Assembly: GCA_043721995.1 (NCBI GenBank)
Contig: JAYSPT010000100.1
Coordinates: 6,592 to 70,591 of the forward strand
Length of the DNA stretch: 64,000 nt
Source: Salinibacterium sp.
Lineage (GTDB): Bacteria > Actinomycetota > Actinomycetes > Actinomycetales > Microbacteriaceae
Reading direction: 5' to 3'
In this document: positions 30,701-40,004 of the stretch, piece after piece
Layout of the letters: each line of letters begins with the position of its first letter
Position numbering within the stretch: the stretch's first letter is position 1
The notes under the pieces: generated by a model
Seen by the model: the letters and a program-made list of their open reading frames with translations, nothing else
Databases searched by the model: none
What the model was told of the DNA's origin: nothing
Program-made: the position numbers and the translations under genes

Positions 30701-30850
30701 AAGCTCGATGCGTTCCGCGAGCGCGTGCGGGAGGCATCGATGTTGATCGCCGCTGCCCAGTTCGAAGGCGATCAGGAACTCTCACCTTTCGGTCGTGGAG
30801 ACCCTTCACGACTTCGCATTCATCGTGTGCGGGCGGTGTCGAGTGACTGA
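27740..30850 (+). CDS. adnA: AdnA subunit of AdnAB helicase-nuclease
   Basis: UvrD-like N-terminus (GAPGTGKT, degenerate Walker B VDDLQE) plus PD-(D/E)XK nuclease (GSIDRVE, VDLKTG, QLGAYQ); tandem with adnB. Confidence 0.88.
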   Translation: MMITGFQRGELAAPTPVTLDQSQRAVLELADGASAAVIGAPGTGKTTTLVELIADRVLGHGWTTDQVLALTPTRSTATRLRDAIALRLTATTTGPMARTVNSLAFEIVRDAARAAGTAPPRLVTGGEQDADIAGLIEGQLEEGTGRYWPPTLSPEVRGLRRFRTELRELMMRATEYNVSPSQLRTLGAQHEHPEWVAAADFIDEYLAVISTTRESQFDPSELARFAVAAIEAGDLGERVSSLRLVLVDDLQEATESTLAILRALAGRGIAVIAFGDPDIAANAFRGGEPDALGRLSTVLGTPVTALILSTAHRQGAALRAFTSTITARIGTAAAGMQRTATGTADGGTVSRIEATSPARQWAAVARILRQQHLEHGVPWSDMAVIVRGGAQLATISRSLALAEVPTRSSVGSTALRDENSARGLLTLVDVGIGRSPLTPQLATELLLSPFGGLDRLTLRRLRLALRAEEVAGGGARPADELLVEALEAPGRLVSIDTRVARAAEKLAGTLALLRSNGGSIEELLWIAWDRSGLARTWYEQAMGGGVTAAEANRSLDGVVALFTAAKRFVERRPETGAFVFLADMLEAEVPEDTLSPQPTDDAVLIATPAGVVGLEFDTVVVGAVQDAVWPNLRLRGTLFSAQQLVGVVTGVDSGTVDERRQVLSDELRMFALAVSRARTRVVVSAVANDDEAASPFMSLLPPDTEVLDSANVIPLSLRAMTGALRRYSVTGLSRSGAPVSRESAAASLAALVAEGVSGADPSQWHGLLPLSSTGPLYENEQVPVSPSGLEKLLKDPLDWFLEHIAGSNSGVIANVGTIIHAAMENAETTSAEDLSKVVEARWSELIFEAPWLEERQRRIARKLTDALAEYLEDFAQEGKTLIGAESRFAIDVDRATLRGSIDRVERSADGAVVIVDLKTGVPITKQSDIDEHPQLGAYQLAYAEGILDEALRGYGPHHGGGARLLFVKAGKNAKAYRVGTQKQFTPEKLDAFRERVREASMLIAAAQFEGDQELSPFGRGDPSRLRIHRVRAVSSD

Positions 30851-33800
30851 CCTCAGCGCTTCCGCGATCACTGCGAACGCAATCGCTGACGCCCTCGGTC
30901 GCTCGAGGCCGACTCCGCAGCAGCGCGCGGTTATTGAGGCGCCCCTCGAACCAGCCCTCGTGGTGGCCGGTGCGGGCAGCGGCAAAACCGAGACGATGGC
31001 CGGGCGCGTGCTCTGGCTGCTTGCGAACCAGCTTGTGCGCCCGAGCGAGATCCTCGGGCTCACGTTCACTCGCAAGGCGTCGGGCGAGCTCTCGGCACGA
31101 ATCCGGGAGCGCATTGCCGCTCTCGCTGCGGTGGGCATGCTCGGGGAGGCATACGACCCGTTTGAGGCGCCGACAGTCTCAACATATAACTCTTACGCGA
31201 ACGCCCTTTACCGTGACAATTCGATAGTTCTCGGGCGTGAGAGCGATGGCGCTGTGCTGGGCGAGGCCGCAGCCTGGCAACTTGCGCGCTCTACCGTCAT
31301 CTCGAGTCGGATCGGGGGACTGGCCGATTTTGACAAAGCACTCGAGCGGGTGACTCGGGCAACCCTGTCTGTCGCGCGCGGACTCACGGAGAACGTTGCT
31401 GACCCTGATGCGATCCGGGCACTCGTCGCGCGATTCAAGTCAGTAGTTGACCTGCCTGCAGCGGGCAAATACCCATACGCCGACGTCGACAAGATTGCCG
31501 AGACGGTCGGTGCCCTCGACACGCTCGTTGGGCTCGCAGCCGAATACGACGCGGTGAAAGCCCGGCGCGGACTCGTCGAGTACTCCGACCAGGTAGCCCT
31601 CGCGCTCCAGATCATCGGCCTCTCGCCAGCCGTCGCCGCGCTCGAGCGGGAGAAGTACCGGGTCGTGCTGCTGGATGAGTACCAGGACACGTCGGTCGTG
31701 CAGGCCCGGCTGCTCGCGACACTCTTCGCCGGGCATCCAGTGATGGCGGTCGGCGACCCCAACCAGTCGATTTATGGATGGCGCGGCGCGAGTGCCTCGA
31801 ACCTCGACGAATTTGCCCGTTCGTTCGGGTCTGGCGACGCCCGGTACGCGCTCACGACGAGCTGGCGCAACGGCCGTCACATCCTCGACGCGGCGAACTC
31901 GATCGTCGCGCCATTTGGAGGCGGTCGGGATGGTGTCGGGAGGGTCAGAGTCGAGCGCCTCGAACCGAGTTCAACGGCAACAAACCTCCCGGTCGACGTC
32001 GCCTTCGAAAACACCGTCATCGATGAGGCGTACGCGGCCGCGAGCTGGCTCAAGGCGCGCATCGCAGAGGGGTATCCGCGCGACGGCAAGCCGGGATCCG
32101 CCGCCATGCTCTTTCGCACGCGCAAGATGCAGGGTTACTTCCTCGATGCGATGCGCCGAGCTGAGGTCCCATTCCATGTGCTCGGCATCGGGGGCCTGAT
32201 GGCCGAGCCCGAGATTGCGGACCTCGTGTGTGCGCTCACCGTTGTGCAGGACCCTTCGGCCGGGCTCGAACTCATCCGCCTGCTCGCGGGTTCGCGCTGG
32301 CGGATCGGCGTTCAAGACCTGCACGCGCTCAACCGGCTGGCGTCGTGGCTTCGAGATCGTGACTACGCGCAGCACAAGTACGACGACGAGTTGGCCGCAA
32401 AGCTGCGCACCAGCGTGACCGAGGGCGAAGGCGGGTCCATCGTCGACGCGCTGGACTTCCTCGCTCACGCGCGGGAAGACCACCTCGCGCTCAGCAATTT
32501 CAGCGCGCTGGGTATTGAGCGCCTCCGGGATGCAGGTCGCACGCTCGCACGGATGCGCTCGCGTTCCTCACTTCCACTGCCCGATTTTGCGGCCTTCGTG
32601 CTGCAGGAGCTGCAACTGGATATCGAGGTCGCAGCAAACGACTTTCGCGCCCTCGGCACGGCGACCTTCGACGCCTTCTTCGACGCCATCAACAGCTATC
32701 TCGCCATCGACGAGGTGGCAACGCTCGGTGGCTTCCTTTCGTGGCTGCACGAGGCAGAACTGCGGGAAGACCTCGCCCCGCGCCCCGAAGACCCCGAACC
32801 TGGCACCGTGCAGGTGCTGACCATCCACGGTGCGAAGGGCCTTGAGTGGGACGCGGTTGTCGTGCCCCGACTAGTCGACAAAGAGTTGCCGGGTGAGCCG
32901 GTAGAGGGCGGCTATCTGGGCTGGCTGAGCTTCGGGGTGTTTCCGTGGCCGTTCCGGGGCGATGCCGCAGAGCTCCCGGTCTTCCACTGGGAGTCTGCGA
33001 CAACTCGCAAGGAATTGCTCGACGAACGGGACAGCTTCCGGTCCCGTGTGCGCGAGCACCTCGGTGCCGAGGAACGACGACTGGCTTACGTCGCCGTCAC
33101 GCGCGCGCGGCACTCGCTCCTGCTTACCGGTTCGTCGTGGGCGACCCAAAAGGATGCCCGCACGCCGAGCATCTTCCTGCGCGAGCTATCGGAGGCCGGC
33201 ATCGTCGGCGCACTCCCATCCGACCCGGTGGACGCGACGAATCCCCTGGGCGAAAAGCTCGAGCGCATCGTGTGGCCCCTGGACCCGCTCGGTACACGCC
33301 GCGACGCGGTCGAGCACGCGGCACGGGCGGTGGGGTTGGCCGAGCCGATGATCACCGGTCCGTGGAGTCGTGACCTTGAGCTGCTGGTGGAGGAGCGTCG
33401 TGCGCGCATGAACGCCAGTGGGCTCGTCGTGATGCCAACCCGGGTGCCTGCATCCCGCTTCAAGGATTATGTGAATGATCCGGCATCCGTCGCATCATCG
33501 CTGCGCCGGCCAATGCCGGAGAAGCCCTACCGCGCGACCCAACTCGGAACGCTGTTCCACTCGTGGGTGGAGAACCGCTCGAGTGCCGGCGGGGATACGG
33601 ACGAACTCGATGCCGCGGCGACCGAACTCGACATCGACGACGTCATCGATGATTCGGATGTCCAGCTTGCGCGCCTCAAAGCGATCTTCGAAGGCAGCCC
33701 GTGGGCAAATCGACTTCCCGTTGATGTCGAGCGAGAGATCCACCTGCCGTTCGATGGCCGGATTGTCGTCTGCAAGATCGATGCGGTGTACGCGACTGGC

Positions 33801-34037
33801 GACCGCTACGAGATTGTGGACTGGAAGACGGGCAAGTCTCCGTCGGGAGCAAAAGATCTCGAAGACAAGCAGCTGCAGCTTGCCCTCTACCGCCTCGCAT
33901 ACGCGAAGTGGAAAGGCATCGAGCCGGAGCTCATCGACTCGGTGTTCTACTACGTGGCCGACGACCGAATCATTCGGCCGACGCACATCTACGACGAAGA
34001 GGAACTGCTCGAACGGTGGCGCTCAGCGCTCAGCTAG
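30843..34037 (+). CDS. adnB: AdnB subunit of AdnAB helicase-nuclease
   Basis: AGAGSGKT, LTFTRKA, DEYQD, VGDPNQSIYGWRGA, TIHGAKGLEWD, EERRLAYVAVTRA; nuclease IDAVY...VDWKTG, QLALY; GTG start overlaps adnA end. Confidence 0.92.
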   Translation: MTDLSASAITANAIADALGRSRPTPQQRAVIEAPLEPALVVAGAGSGKTETMAGRVLWLLANQLVRPSEILGLTFTRKASGELSARIRERIAALAAVGMLGEAYDPFEAPTVSTYNSYANALYRDNSIVLGRESDGAVLGEAAAWQLARSTVISSRIGGLADFDKALERVTRATLSVARGLTENVADPDAIRALVARFKSVVDLPAAGKYPYADVDKIAETVGALDTLVGLAAEYDAVKARRGLVEYSDQVALALQIIGLSPAVAALEREKYRVVLLDEYQDTSVVQARLLATLFAGHPVMAVGDPNQSIYGWRGASASNLDEFARSFGSGDARYALTTSWRNGRHILDAANSIVAPFGGGRDGVGRVRVERLEPSSTATNLPVDVAFENTVIDEAYAAASWLKARIAEGYPRDGKPGSAAMLFRTRKMQGYFLDAMRRAEVPFHVLGIGGLMAEPEIADLVCALTVVQDPSAGLELIRLLAGSRWRIGVQDLHALNRLASWLRDRDYAQHKYDDELAAKLRTSVTEGEGGSIVDALDFLAHAREDHLALSNFSALGIERLRDAGRTLARMRSRSSLPLPDFAAFVLQELQLDIEVAANDFRALGTATFDAFFDAINSYLAIDEVATLGGFLSWLHEAELREDLAPRPEDPEPGTVQVLTIHGAKGLEWDAVVVPRLVDKELPGEPVEGGYLGWLSFGVFPWPFRGDAAELPVFHWESATTRKELLDERDSFRSRVREHLGAEERRLAYVAVTRARHSLLLTGSSWATQKDARTPSIFLRELSEAGIVGALPSDPVDATNPLGEKLERIVWPLDPLGTRRDAVEHAARAVGLAEPMITGPWSRDLELLVEERRARMNASGLVVMPTRVPASRFKDYVNDPASVASSLRRPMPEKPYRATQLGTLFHSWVENRSSAGGDTDELDAAATELDIDDVIDDSDVQLARLKAIFEGSPWANRLPVDVEREIHLPFDGRIVVCKIDAVYATGDRYEIVDWKTGKSPSGAKDLEDKQLQLALYRLAYAKWKGIEPELIDSVFYYVADDRIIRPTHIYDEEELLERWRSALS

Positions 34038-35034
34038 CGGCGCGTTCGTTCCGACCGAGGAACGCTTCGACCTCGTCGACTGCCATCGTGGGCATCGTCT
34101 GGGCACCGATCGGATTCATCACGTCGTTGCGCACGTTGTCGGCGAGTCCCGTGAGCATCGCGACAGCGTCATCCACGATCTCGGTGCTACGCGTTTCGGT
34201 GCCGTGCAGCAGCCAGTTGGCGACCTCGAGTTCGGCATAAAACATCGCGCGCTGCCTGACATGCCGGTCGCCGGATCCATGCACCCTCTGGTACGCGTCA
34301 AAGGCAGTTCCGATGACACCGTCATCATGACTTCCGAGAATCCACTGCAGGTCGCGAGCGGGGTCGCCAACCCGAAGCTCCTGCCAGCCGAGCACGCCGG
34401 TCACGTCGGTGTCAGCACTCAGGAATGATTCGGCAGTCAGTGTGCCGTTGATGACCATCGGTTGGAACTGCCAGAGCTTGGCATCCTCCGCGGCCCGCTC
34501 CCACCGGCTTACCAGAGCTGCAGGCATGAGCCCCGTTGCGGCAGCGCGGTCCATGACTGTGACGCAAGAGCGCAGGCACTCGCCGGCGGTGAGTGCAGGA
34601 AGTCCGGCATCCGTTACGAAGCTGGTCGGCAGTGAGTGGATTGCGGCTATCGCCTCGCCTACCGAGTTCGTGATCGTGCCGGGACCCGCCGAGTACGAAG
34701 CGAGCGGCACCTTCGCTCCATAAACAAATTCGTAGACGACCGCGCGGGTGCCGTCAATGGGGACCTGCCCCACGAACGACGAAACCGCAAAGGGCAGTCG
34801 AGTGCGAACGCCAGCACTCAGTGCGCGAAGGGCCACGAGGTCGGCCGACTGCTCTGACTCAGCACGTGCGTTGCGCGGAGCCCGAATTATCCAGTGCTTG
34901 CCGTCACGACCGGTCAATATCGCGGCGTCGAAGTTGCTGCCCGAGCTTGCGCCGTAGCTGGCCGCGGCCACGATGTCGATGCCGGGCACGGCCGAAGTGG
35001 CGAGCGCGGCTAGAGTGAGATGAGACCTGGCCAT
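34030..35034 (-). CDS. APH/macrolide-phosphotransferase-fold protein with degenerate catalytic motifs
   Basis: WIIRAP, AAIHSLP, GDPARDL match the MPH/APH fold; HGD is replaced by NGT and IDW by LGW. Confidence 0.75.
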   Translation of the reverse strand: MARSHLTLAALATSAVPGIDIVAAASYGASSGSNFDAAILTGRDGKHWIIRAPRNARAESEQSADLVALRALSAGVRTRLPFAVSSFVGQVPIDGTRAVVYEFVYGAKVPLASYSAGPGTITNSVGEAIAAIHSLPTSFVTDAGLPALTAGECLRSCVTVMDRAAATGLMPAALVSRWERAAEDAKLWQFQPMVINGTLTAESFLSADTDVTGVLGWQELRVGDPARDLQWILGSHDDGVIGTAFDAYQRVHGSGDRHVRQRAMFYAELEVANWLLHGTETRSTEIVDDAVAMLTGLADNVRNDVMNPIGAQTMPTMAVDEVEAFLGRNERAAS

Positions 35035-35099
35035 AACCCATAGGGTAGGTCGCTCGCCCCTCGCATCCGAGAATCGCCACGCACTTCCCTTAGGTCCCC

Positions 35100-36032
35100 A
35101 TGCAGTTGCCGTTCCTGGCCAGGTTGCCGCTCTCGCGATACGAAGTCGATCGCGACTACCTCATGCGCGATCGTGAAGGCCTCTTCGATGAGTTATGGGC
35201 GGATGCGACGACTCGGCTTCTGCCGATCTTCGAGGGTGCCGCTTTGCTTGACACCGGGGACTGTCGGCTCGCGCTGCTGCCAGCGGCGGCGCTGCCGAAC
35301 GTTGGGTTGCGAATCTATCTCGGTCGTTCGACCTCGGCGACCAGCGCAGAGCCCGTCGGAACTCCGATTGTCGCCGTTCAACTTGAGGACGCCGGTCACC
35401 TTGCGGAAGGCGAATGGGCGACTCTGCGCCAGGTGGGTAGTCGCCTCTGCGACCGTGACGCTGGCCTTCTGACGGAAGCGACCGCGCTCATCAATTGGCA
35501 TGCCTCGCACCGGTTCTCGCCTCGTACGGGCGAGCCGACCGTTGCCGCTAAGGGGGGTTGGATCCGCCGCGACACTGTGGGGGAGGGTGAGCATTTTCCG
35601 CGCACCGACCCCGCGATCATTGTCGGCATTACGGACGATGCCGACCGGATGCTGCTGGGCTCGAACGCCCTGTGGGAGAGCAACCGCTACTCGTTGCTCG
35701 CCGGTTTCGTGGAACCCGGCGAATCCCTGGAGGCTGCCGTAGCGCGCGAAATCTTCGAGGAGTCCGGCGTGCATGTCGTGGACCCGATTTATCTGGGCAG
35801 CCAGCCCTGGCCCTTTCCCGCATCCCTCATGCTCGGATTTACTGCTCGCGTTGCGCCGGGCCACACAGGTAATGGGACACCGGATGGCGCAGAGATACTC
35901 GACCTGCGGTGGTTCAGTCGCGCGGAACTCACCGATGCACTCACTGAGATCAAACTCCCCGGCCGCACATCGATTGCACGCGCGATCATCGAGGAGTGGT
36001 ACGGCGAGGAAATCGTCGATGGCCAGCGGTGA
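35100..36032 (+). CDS. nudC: NADH pyrophosphatase / NAD-decapping Nudix hydrolase
   Basis: FPRTDPAII, Nudix box GFVEPGESLEAAVAREIFEESGV, SQPWPFP signature. Confidence 0.95.
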   Translation: MQLPFLARLPLSRYEVDRDYLMRDREGLFDELWADATTRLLPIFEGAALLDTGDCRLALLPAAALPNVGLRIYLGRSTSATSAEPVGTPIVAVQLEDAGHLAEGEWATLRQVGSRLCDRDAGLLTEATALINWHASHRFSPRTGEPTVAAKGGWIRRDTVGEGEHFPRTDPAIIVGITDDADRMLLGSNALWESNRYSLLAGFVEPGESLEAAVAREIFEESGVHVVDPIYLGSQPWPFPASLMLGFTARVAPGHTGNGTPDGAEILDLRWFSRAELTDALTEIKLPGRTSIARAIIEEWYGEEIVDGQR

Positions 36033-37692
36033 AGAATTGCTCAGGGGGCTGGATGACCAGCAGCGCCTTGCCGCCGAGACACTGCTGGGTCCCGTCGCGC
36101 TCATGGCCGGTGCCGGGACTGGCAAAACTCGCGCGATAACGTACCGGATCGCCTACGGAGTTGCGACCGGCGTTTACTCGCCCTCACGCGTCATGGCGCT
36201 CACATTCACGGCGCGCGCTGCGGGTGAGCTGCGAGGTCGGCTCAGGGCACTCGGGGCCGCAGGCGTCAGCGCTCGCACCTTCCATGCATCCGCGCTGTCG
36301 CAGCTGAATTTTTTCTGGCCGCAGGTGATCGGCGGAAGTATGCCCAAGCTGCTCGACAGCAAAGCTCGCCTCCTTGCACAGGCGGCAGAGGCCATCAAGA
36401 TCAAGGTCGACACCGCAACTCTGCGCGACTGTGCGGCGGAGATCGAGTGGCGCAAGATCTCACGGCTGTCAATCGACGAGTACGCGGCGCGCAACCGACC
36501 CCTCCCCGCGGGTGTCAGTGTCGATCGAATGGTGTCGCTGCAGCGCTCCTACGAATCACTCAAGGATTCCCGAAGGCAGATCGATTTCGAGGATGTACTG
36601 CTCATCGCTGCGGGTATGGTCGAGGCGGAAGCGCGAGTGGCGCAGCAGGTGCGCGAGCAGTACCGCTTCTTCGTGGTTGACGAGTACCAGGACGTTTCGC
36701 CGCTGCAGCACGACCTGCTTCGGCTGTGGCTCGGCGATCGCAATGATGTGTGTGTCGTGGGGGATGCGAGCCAGACTATTTATTCGTTCGCGGGAGCGAG
36801 CCCGGACTATCTCCTCGGCTTTGCCTCCGAGTACGACGATGCCGTGGTGCTGCGTCTCGAGGAGAACTATCGATCAACTCCGGCCATCATCGACGCAGCA
36901 AACAAGTTGATGCGCGGGCGGGCCGGCGCTCTCGAGCTCCATCCGGCCACCCCCGTGACGGGCCCGGACCCAGCAATCGCCGGCTACGACACCGACAGCG
37001 CCGAGGCGCGTTCGGTTGCGAATGCGGTAGCGACAGAGATCGCCGCGGGGGTCGCACCAGAGTCGATCGCGATCCTGTTCCGCATCAATGTGCAGTCACA
37101 GGTGCTGGAGACCGCCTTGGGCGATGTTGGAGTTCCTTATCTGGTGCGTGGCGCGACCCGATTCTTCGATCAGCGGGAGGTCAAGGAAGCGCTCATGCTG
37201 CTGCGCGGGGCTTCGGTTACCACCGCGACCGAGCCGCTCTTTAAGACGGTGAGCGACGTGCTGCGTTCCATCGGCTGGTCCCAGCAGCCACCGGAGACGG
37301 CGGGGGCGGTTCGAGACCGCTGGGATTCGCTCAATGCCCTCATGCGCCTGGCCGAGGAGACGCCCAGCGCTACGACGCTGCGTCAATTCGTTGATGACCT
37401 CTTCGAGCGCCAGGCCGCCCAGCATGAGCCCATCCTCAGCGCCGTCACACTCGTCAGTCTCCACTCGGCGAAAGGGCTCGAATGGGAAAGCGTCTACATC
37501 GTCGGGCTGTCGGAAGGACTCGTGCCGATCAGCTACGCAAAGGATGCAGCGGCGATCGAGGAGGAACGTCGACTGCTTTATGTCGGGATCACCCGTGCAC
37601 GGCGCAGGCTCGCGCTGAGCTGGTCAGCTAGCCCAGTGCAGGGTCGGAGTGGTCAGCGCCAGCCCAGTCGCTTCCTGGCCGAGATTCGGTAG
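36019..37692 (+). CDS. uvrD2: ATP-dependent DNA helicase UvrD2-like, short C-terminus
   Basis: AGAGTGKT, TFTARAA, VDEYQD, ENYRST, HSAKGLEW, EERRLLYVGITRA; ends at PSRFLAEIR. Confidence 0.85.
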   Translation: MASGEELLRGLDDQQRLAAETLLGPVALMAGAGTGKTRAITYRIAYGVATGVYSPSRVMALTFTARAAGELRGRLRALGAAGVSARTFHASALSQLNFFWPQVIGGSMPKLLDSKARLLAQAAEAIKIKVDTATLRDCAAEIEWRKISRLSIDEYAARNRPLPAGVSVDRMVSLQRSYESLKDSRRQIDFEDVLLIAAGMVEAEARVAQQVREQYRFFVVDEYQDVSPLQHDLLRLWLGDRNDVCVVGDASQTIYSFAGASPDYLLGFASEYDDAVVLRLEENYRSTPAIIDAANKLMRGRAGALELHPATPVTGPDPAIAGYDTDSAEARSVANAVATEIAAGVAPESIAILFRINVQSQVLETALGDVGVPYLVRGATRFFDQREVKEALMLLRGASVTTATEPLFKTVSDVLRSIGWSQQPPETAGAVRDRWDSLNALMRLAEETPSATTLRQFVDDLFERQAAQHEPILSAVTLVSLHSAKGLEWESVYIVGLSEGLVPISYAKDAAAIEEERRLLYVGITRARRRLALSWSASPVQGRSGQRQPSRFLAEIR

Positions 37693-38479
37693 CGCTTTCA
37701 GACTGCAGCCCAAGGCATCCGCACTCGGGGTGCGCGTGCCAGATCATCTTTTCGACGTCTCCGGTTTCCCCGTTGATTCGGACGGATACGGCGTCCCCGG
37801 CCCCGTGAAGCAACCGATCGATCACGAGTCGGGCTGCGATCCCTGCGGTCTCGGCCGCCAGCAGCGGTGTCTCGGCGCTGCCGCTGCGGCCCAGCAGCTG
37901 GCTGGCGATGGCGGGCCACGACTGGTCACCGTCACGGCGGTGTAGTTCAAGACAGAGCAGGCACGGTCCGATCCCCGGTTCGATGATCGGACCGATGAGC
38001 ACCCCGGTATCGCTGAACACGATGGGCAGGTGAGGTACGTCCCTCCGCAGCCAGAAACCATGCAGGGCGGGAGGTATGACAAATCGGTGCACGAGCACGG
38101 CGAAGTCGGGACGCGTGCGGCCGTGGGTCGCTGCGTCCGCCCCGATCCAAACCCGCACCCCACTCGCGGAAAAGGTGGCCGCAACGGCGCCGACAATCGC
38201 ACCGTCGCCCGAGATTGCGACAGATTTGACCGCTGATTCCGGGGCTTCATGCACGAGTGCAGGGGCGAGAAGCCGCACGAGTACATCGACCTCGTCACCG
38301 CTCTCGCCCGCGATCATCGCGAGCCCCGGCTCGGTTATGCCGACCGCGAGGGCGGCGAGCATTCGCTCCTGCGCCTCGGTCACATTCTCGATGCGGAGCA
38401 AGGCCGGGTCGAGCCCGACCTGCAAACTGGTCGGAGTTCGCCAGAGAACCGGATACCGCGAATTGAGCTTGAGGATCAT
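37628..38479 (-). CDS. E1/ThiF-like (TOMM cyclodehydratase-scaffold-like) protein, Rv3196-like
   Basis: WRTPTSLQVG N-terminus, GPIIEPGIGPCLLC and HPECGC zinc-ligand motifs. Confidence 0.65.
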   Translation of the reverse strand: MILKLNSRYPVLWRTPTSLQVGLDPALLRIENVTEAQERMLAALAVGITEPGLAMIAGESGDEVDVLVRLLAPALVHEAPESAVKSVAISGDGAIVGAVAATFSASGVRVWIGADAATHGRTRPDFAVLVHRFVIPPALHGFWLRRDVPHLPIVFSDTGVLIGPIIEPGIGPCLLCLELHRRDGDQSWPAIASQLLGRSGSAETPLLAAETAGIAARLVIDRLLHGAGDAVSVRINGETGDVEKMIWHAHPECGCLGLQSESATESRPGSDWAGADHSDPALG

Positions 38480-38536
38480 TCCAAAAGAGTGGCGCAGAGT
38501 CCCGATTCAGTGCGGAGGTCATCCACAGCCTCGGCG

Positions 38537-39883
38537 CTACTCTTCCCGCGGGCGCTCGCTCGTGTCGTCGTTGAGAAGGTCCTCGATGGCCTGGTCGAGC
38601 AAATCGGGCTCGGGCGTGCCGTTGGTGATTCGTGCGATGAGCGCACTCGGGTCGTCGATGTCTGCGCCGGTGGGCACGAGGTCGGGATGCGACCACAGGT
38701 CGTCCCGGACGTCGCTCCCGACGGCATCCGTCACGCGCTGCCACATGGCGGCTGCCTCGCGCAGGCGGCGTGGTCGAAGTTCGAGTCCGACGAGGGCCGC
38801 GAACGCTGACTCGGCCGGGCCACCGGACGCACGCCGGCGTCGCACAGACTCGGCGATTGCAGAGCAGGAGGGCAGACGCTTTGTCGCTTGGGCGGTCACC
38901 ACGTCGACCCAGCCCTCGATGAGGGCGAGCGTGGTCTCCAGCCGGGCGAGTGCCGCGAGCTGCTCCTGGCTCTTCGGCGGGATAAGCGCACCGCTGGTCA
39001 TCGCTTCCCGAAGTTCTTCGGGGTTCTGCGGGTCGAAGTCGGCGGCGAGTTGTTCGAGGCGTTCGGTGTCGATGCGAACGCCTTTGGCGAACTCGGTAAT
39101 CGAACTGAGGAGTTGCAGCCGAAGCCATTTGGCGTGGCGGAACAGCCGCGCGTGTGCGAGCTCGCGCACCGCGAGGTAGAGCTCGACCTGGTCGTGGGGA
39201 ATGTCAAGACCGGTGCTGAAACCGATCAGATTCTGCGGAAGAATTGCACCGAGCTGCTCGTCAAGAAGCGGAATTCCGATGTCCCCACCCGACACCACCT
39301 CGCTCGAGAGCTGCCCGACCACCTGGCCGAGCTGCATCGCGAACAGCGTGCCGCCGACGTTTCGCATGAGTTGACTCGCGCCCTCCATCATTTCGCCGAG
39401 GTCCTCGGAGGAGTGCTGGCTGAGCACGTCGGTGAGGGAATCTGCGATGGATGTCGCGACCGGTTCCGCGAGCTGGGTCCAGACAGGCATCGTGGCCACT
39501 ACCCACTCCTGGCGGCTCATCAGCCGTGGTTGCAGCGTCAACTCCGAGATTGAGGTGACTTCGTCCAGCCAGAGGGATGCCACCTGCAGCGCCTGCTCGA
39601 TCTGCGAGCGCTCGGCGGGCAGCGACACGACCGTGCCCCTGCTGGCTATTCCCTGCGCCTGCTCGAGCGCAAGACCCCAGTTGATGCCTTCACCGGCATT
39701 ATTCAGCGCGCCCTGCAATTGGCTGATCAGCTGTGCCATCATCTCGGGGTCATTGGGCAGCCCCGCGGCACCCGCGAGCTTGGCGGGATCGAGCTCCGTA
39801 TTTCCAGCGAGGAAATCGCGCAGCATTTCCCGGAATTCGTCCTCAGGTCGCTCCTCGGGTTCTTCCCGCGAATCTTCAGGCAT
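38537..39883 (-). CDS. Zincin-like putative hydrolase (DUF2342, Rv3195-like)
   Basis: AMQLGQVVGQLSSEV, RELAHARLF, LALIEGWVDVV, RRRASGGPAE, GLELRPRRLREA. Confidence 0.85.
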   Translation of the reverse strand: MPEDSREEPEERPEDEFREMLRDFLAGNTELDPAKLAGAAGLPNDPEMMAQLISQLQGALNNAGEGINWGLALEQAQGIASRGTVVSLPAERSQIEQALQVASLWLDEVTSISELTLQPRLMSRQEWVVATMPVWTQLAEPVATSIADSLTDVLSQHSSEDLGEMMEGASQLMRNVGGTLFAMQLGQVVGQLSSEVVSGGDIGIPLLDEQLGAILPQNLIGFSTGLDIPHDQVELYLAVRELAHARLFRHAKWLRLQLLSSITEFAKGVRIDTERLEQLAADFDPQNPEELREAMTSGALIPPKSQEQLAALARLETTLALIEGWVDVVTAQATKRLPSCSAIAESVRRRRASGGPAESAFAALVGLELRPRRLREAAAMWQRVTDAVGSDVRDDLWSHPDLVPTGADIDDPSALIARITNGTPEPDLLDQAIEDLLNDDTSERPREE

Positions 39884-40004
39884 GCAAACTACGCTAGCCG
39901 CTGCACAGTCGAGCCGACTGTGTTTGACCTAGGCTGAACCCTCTGAGCTGTGCGCCCGTGGCGAACATCCCTGACTCCGCCCCCACCCGTAGAGGGATGA
40001 ATCC

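Noticed and set aside
34030-35034. Macrolide-resistance phosphotransferase call
   Set aside because: Both catalytic aspartates are absent; resistance function is unsupported.
37628-38479. RiPP/TOMM biosynthetic cluster
   Set aside because: No YcaO, dehydrogenase, precursor peptide or exporter nearby; sits in conserved core synteny.
39966-39999. CATCCCT/AGGGATG pairing over the YlbL Shine-Dalgarno (RNA thermometer)
   Set aside because: Only 7 bp with a 20-nt loop; plausible by chance in GC-rich DNA.
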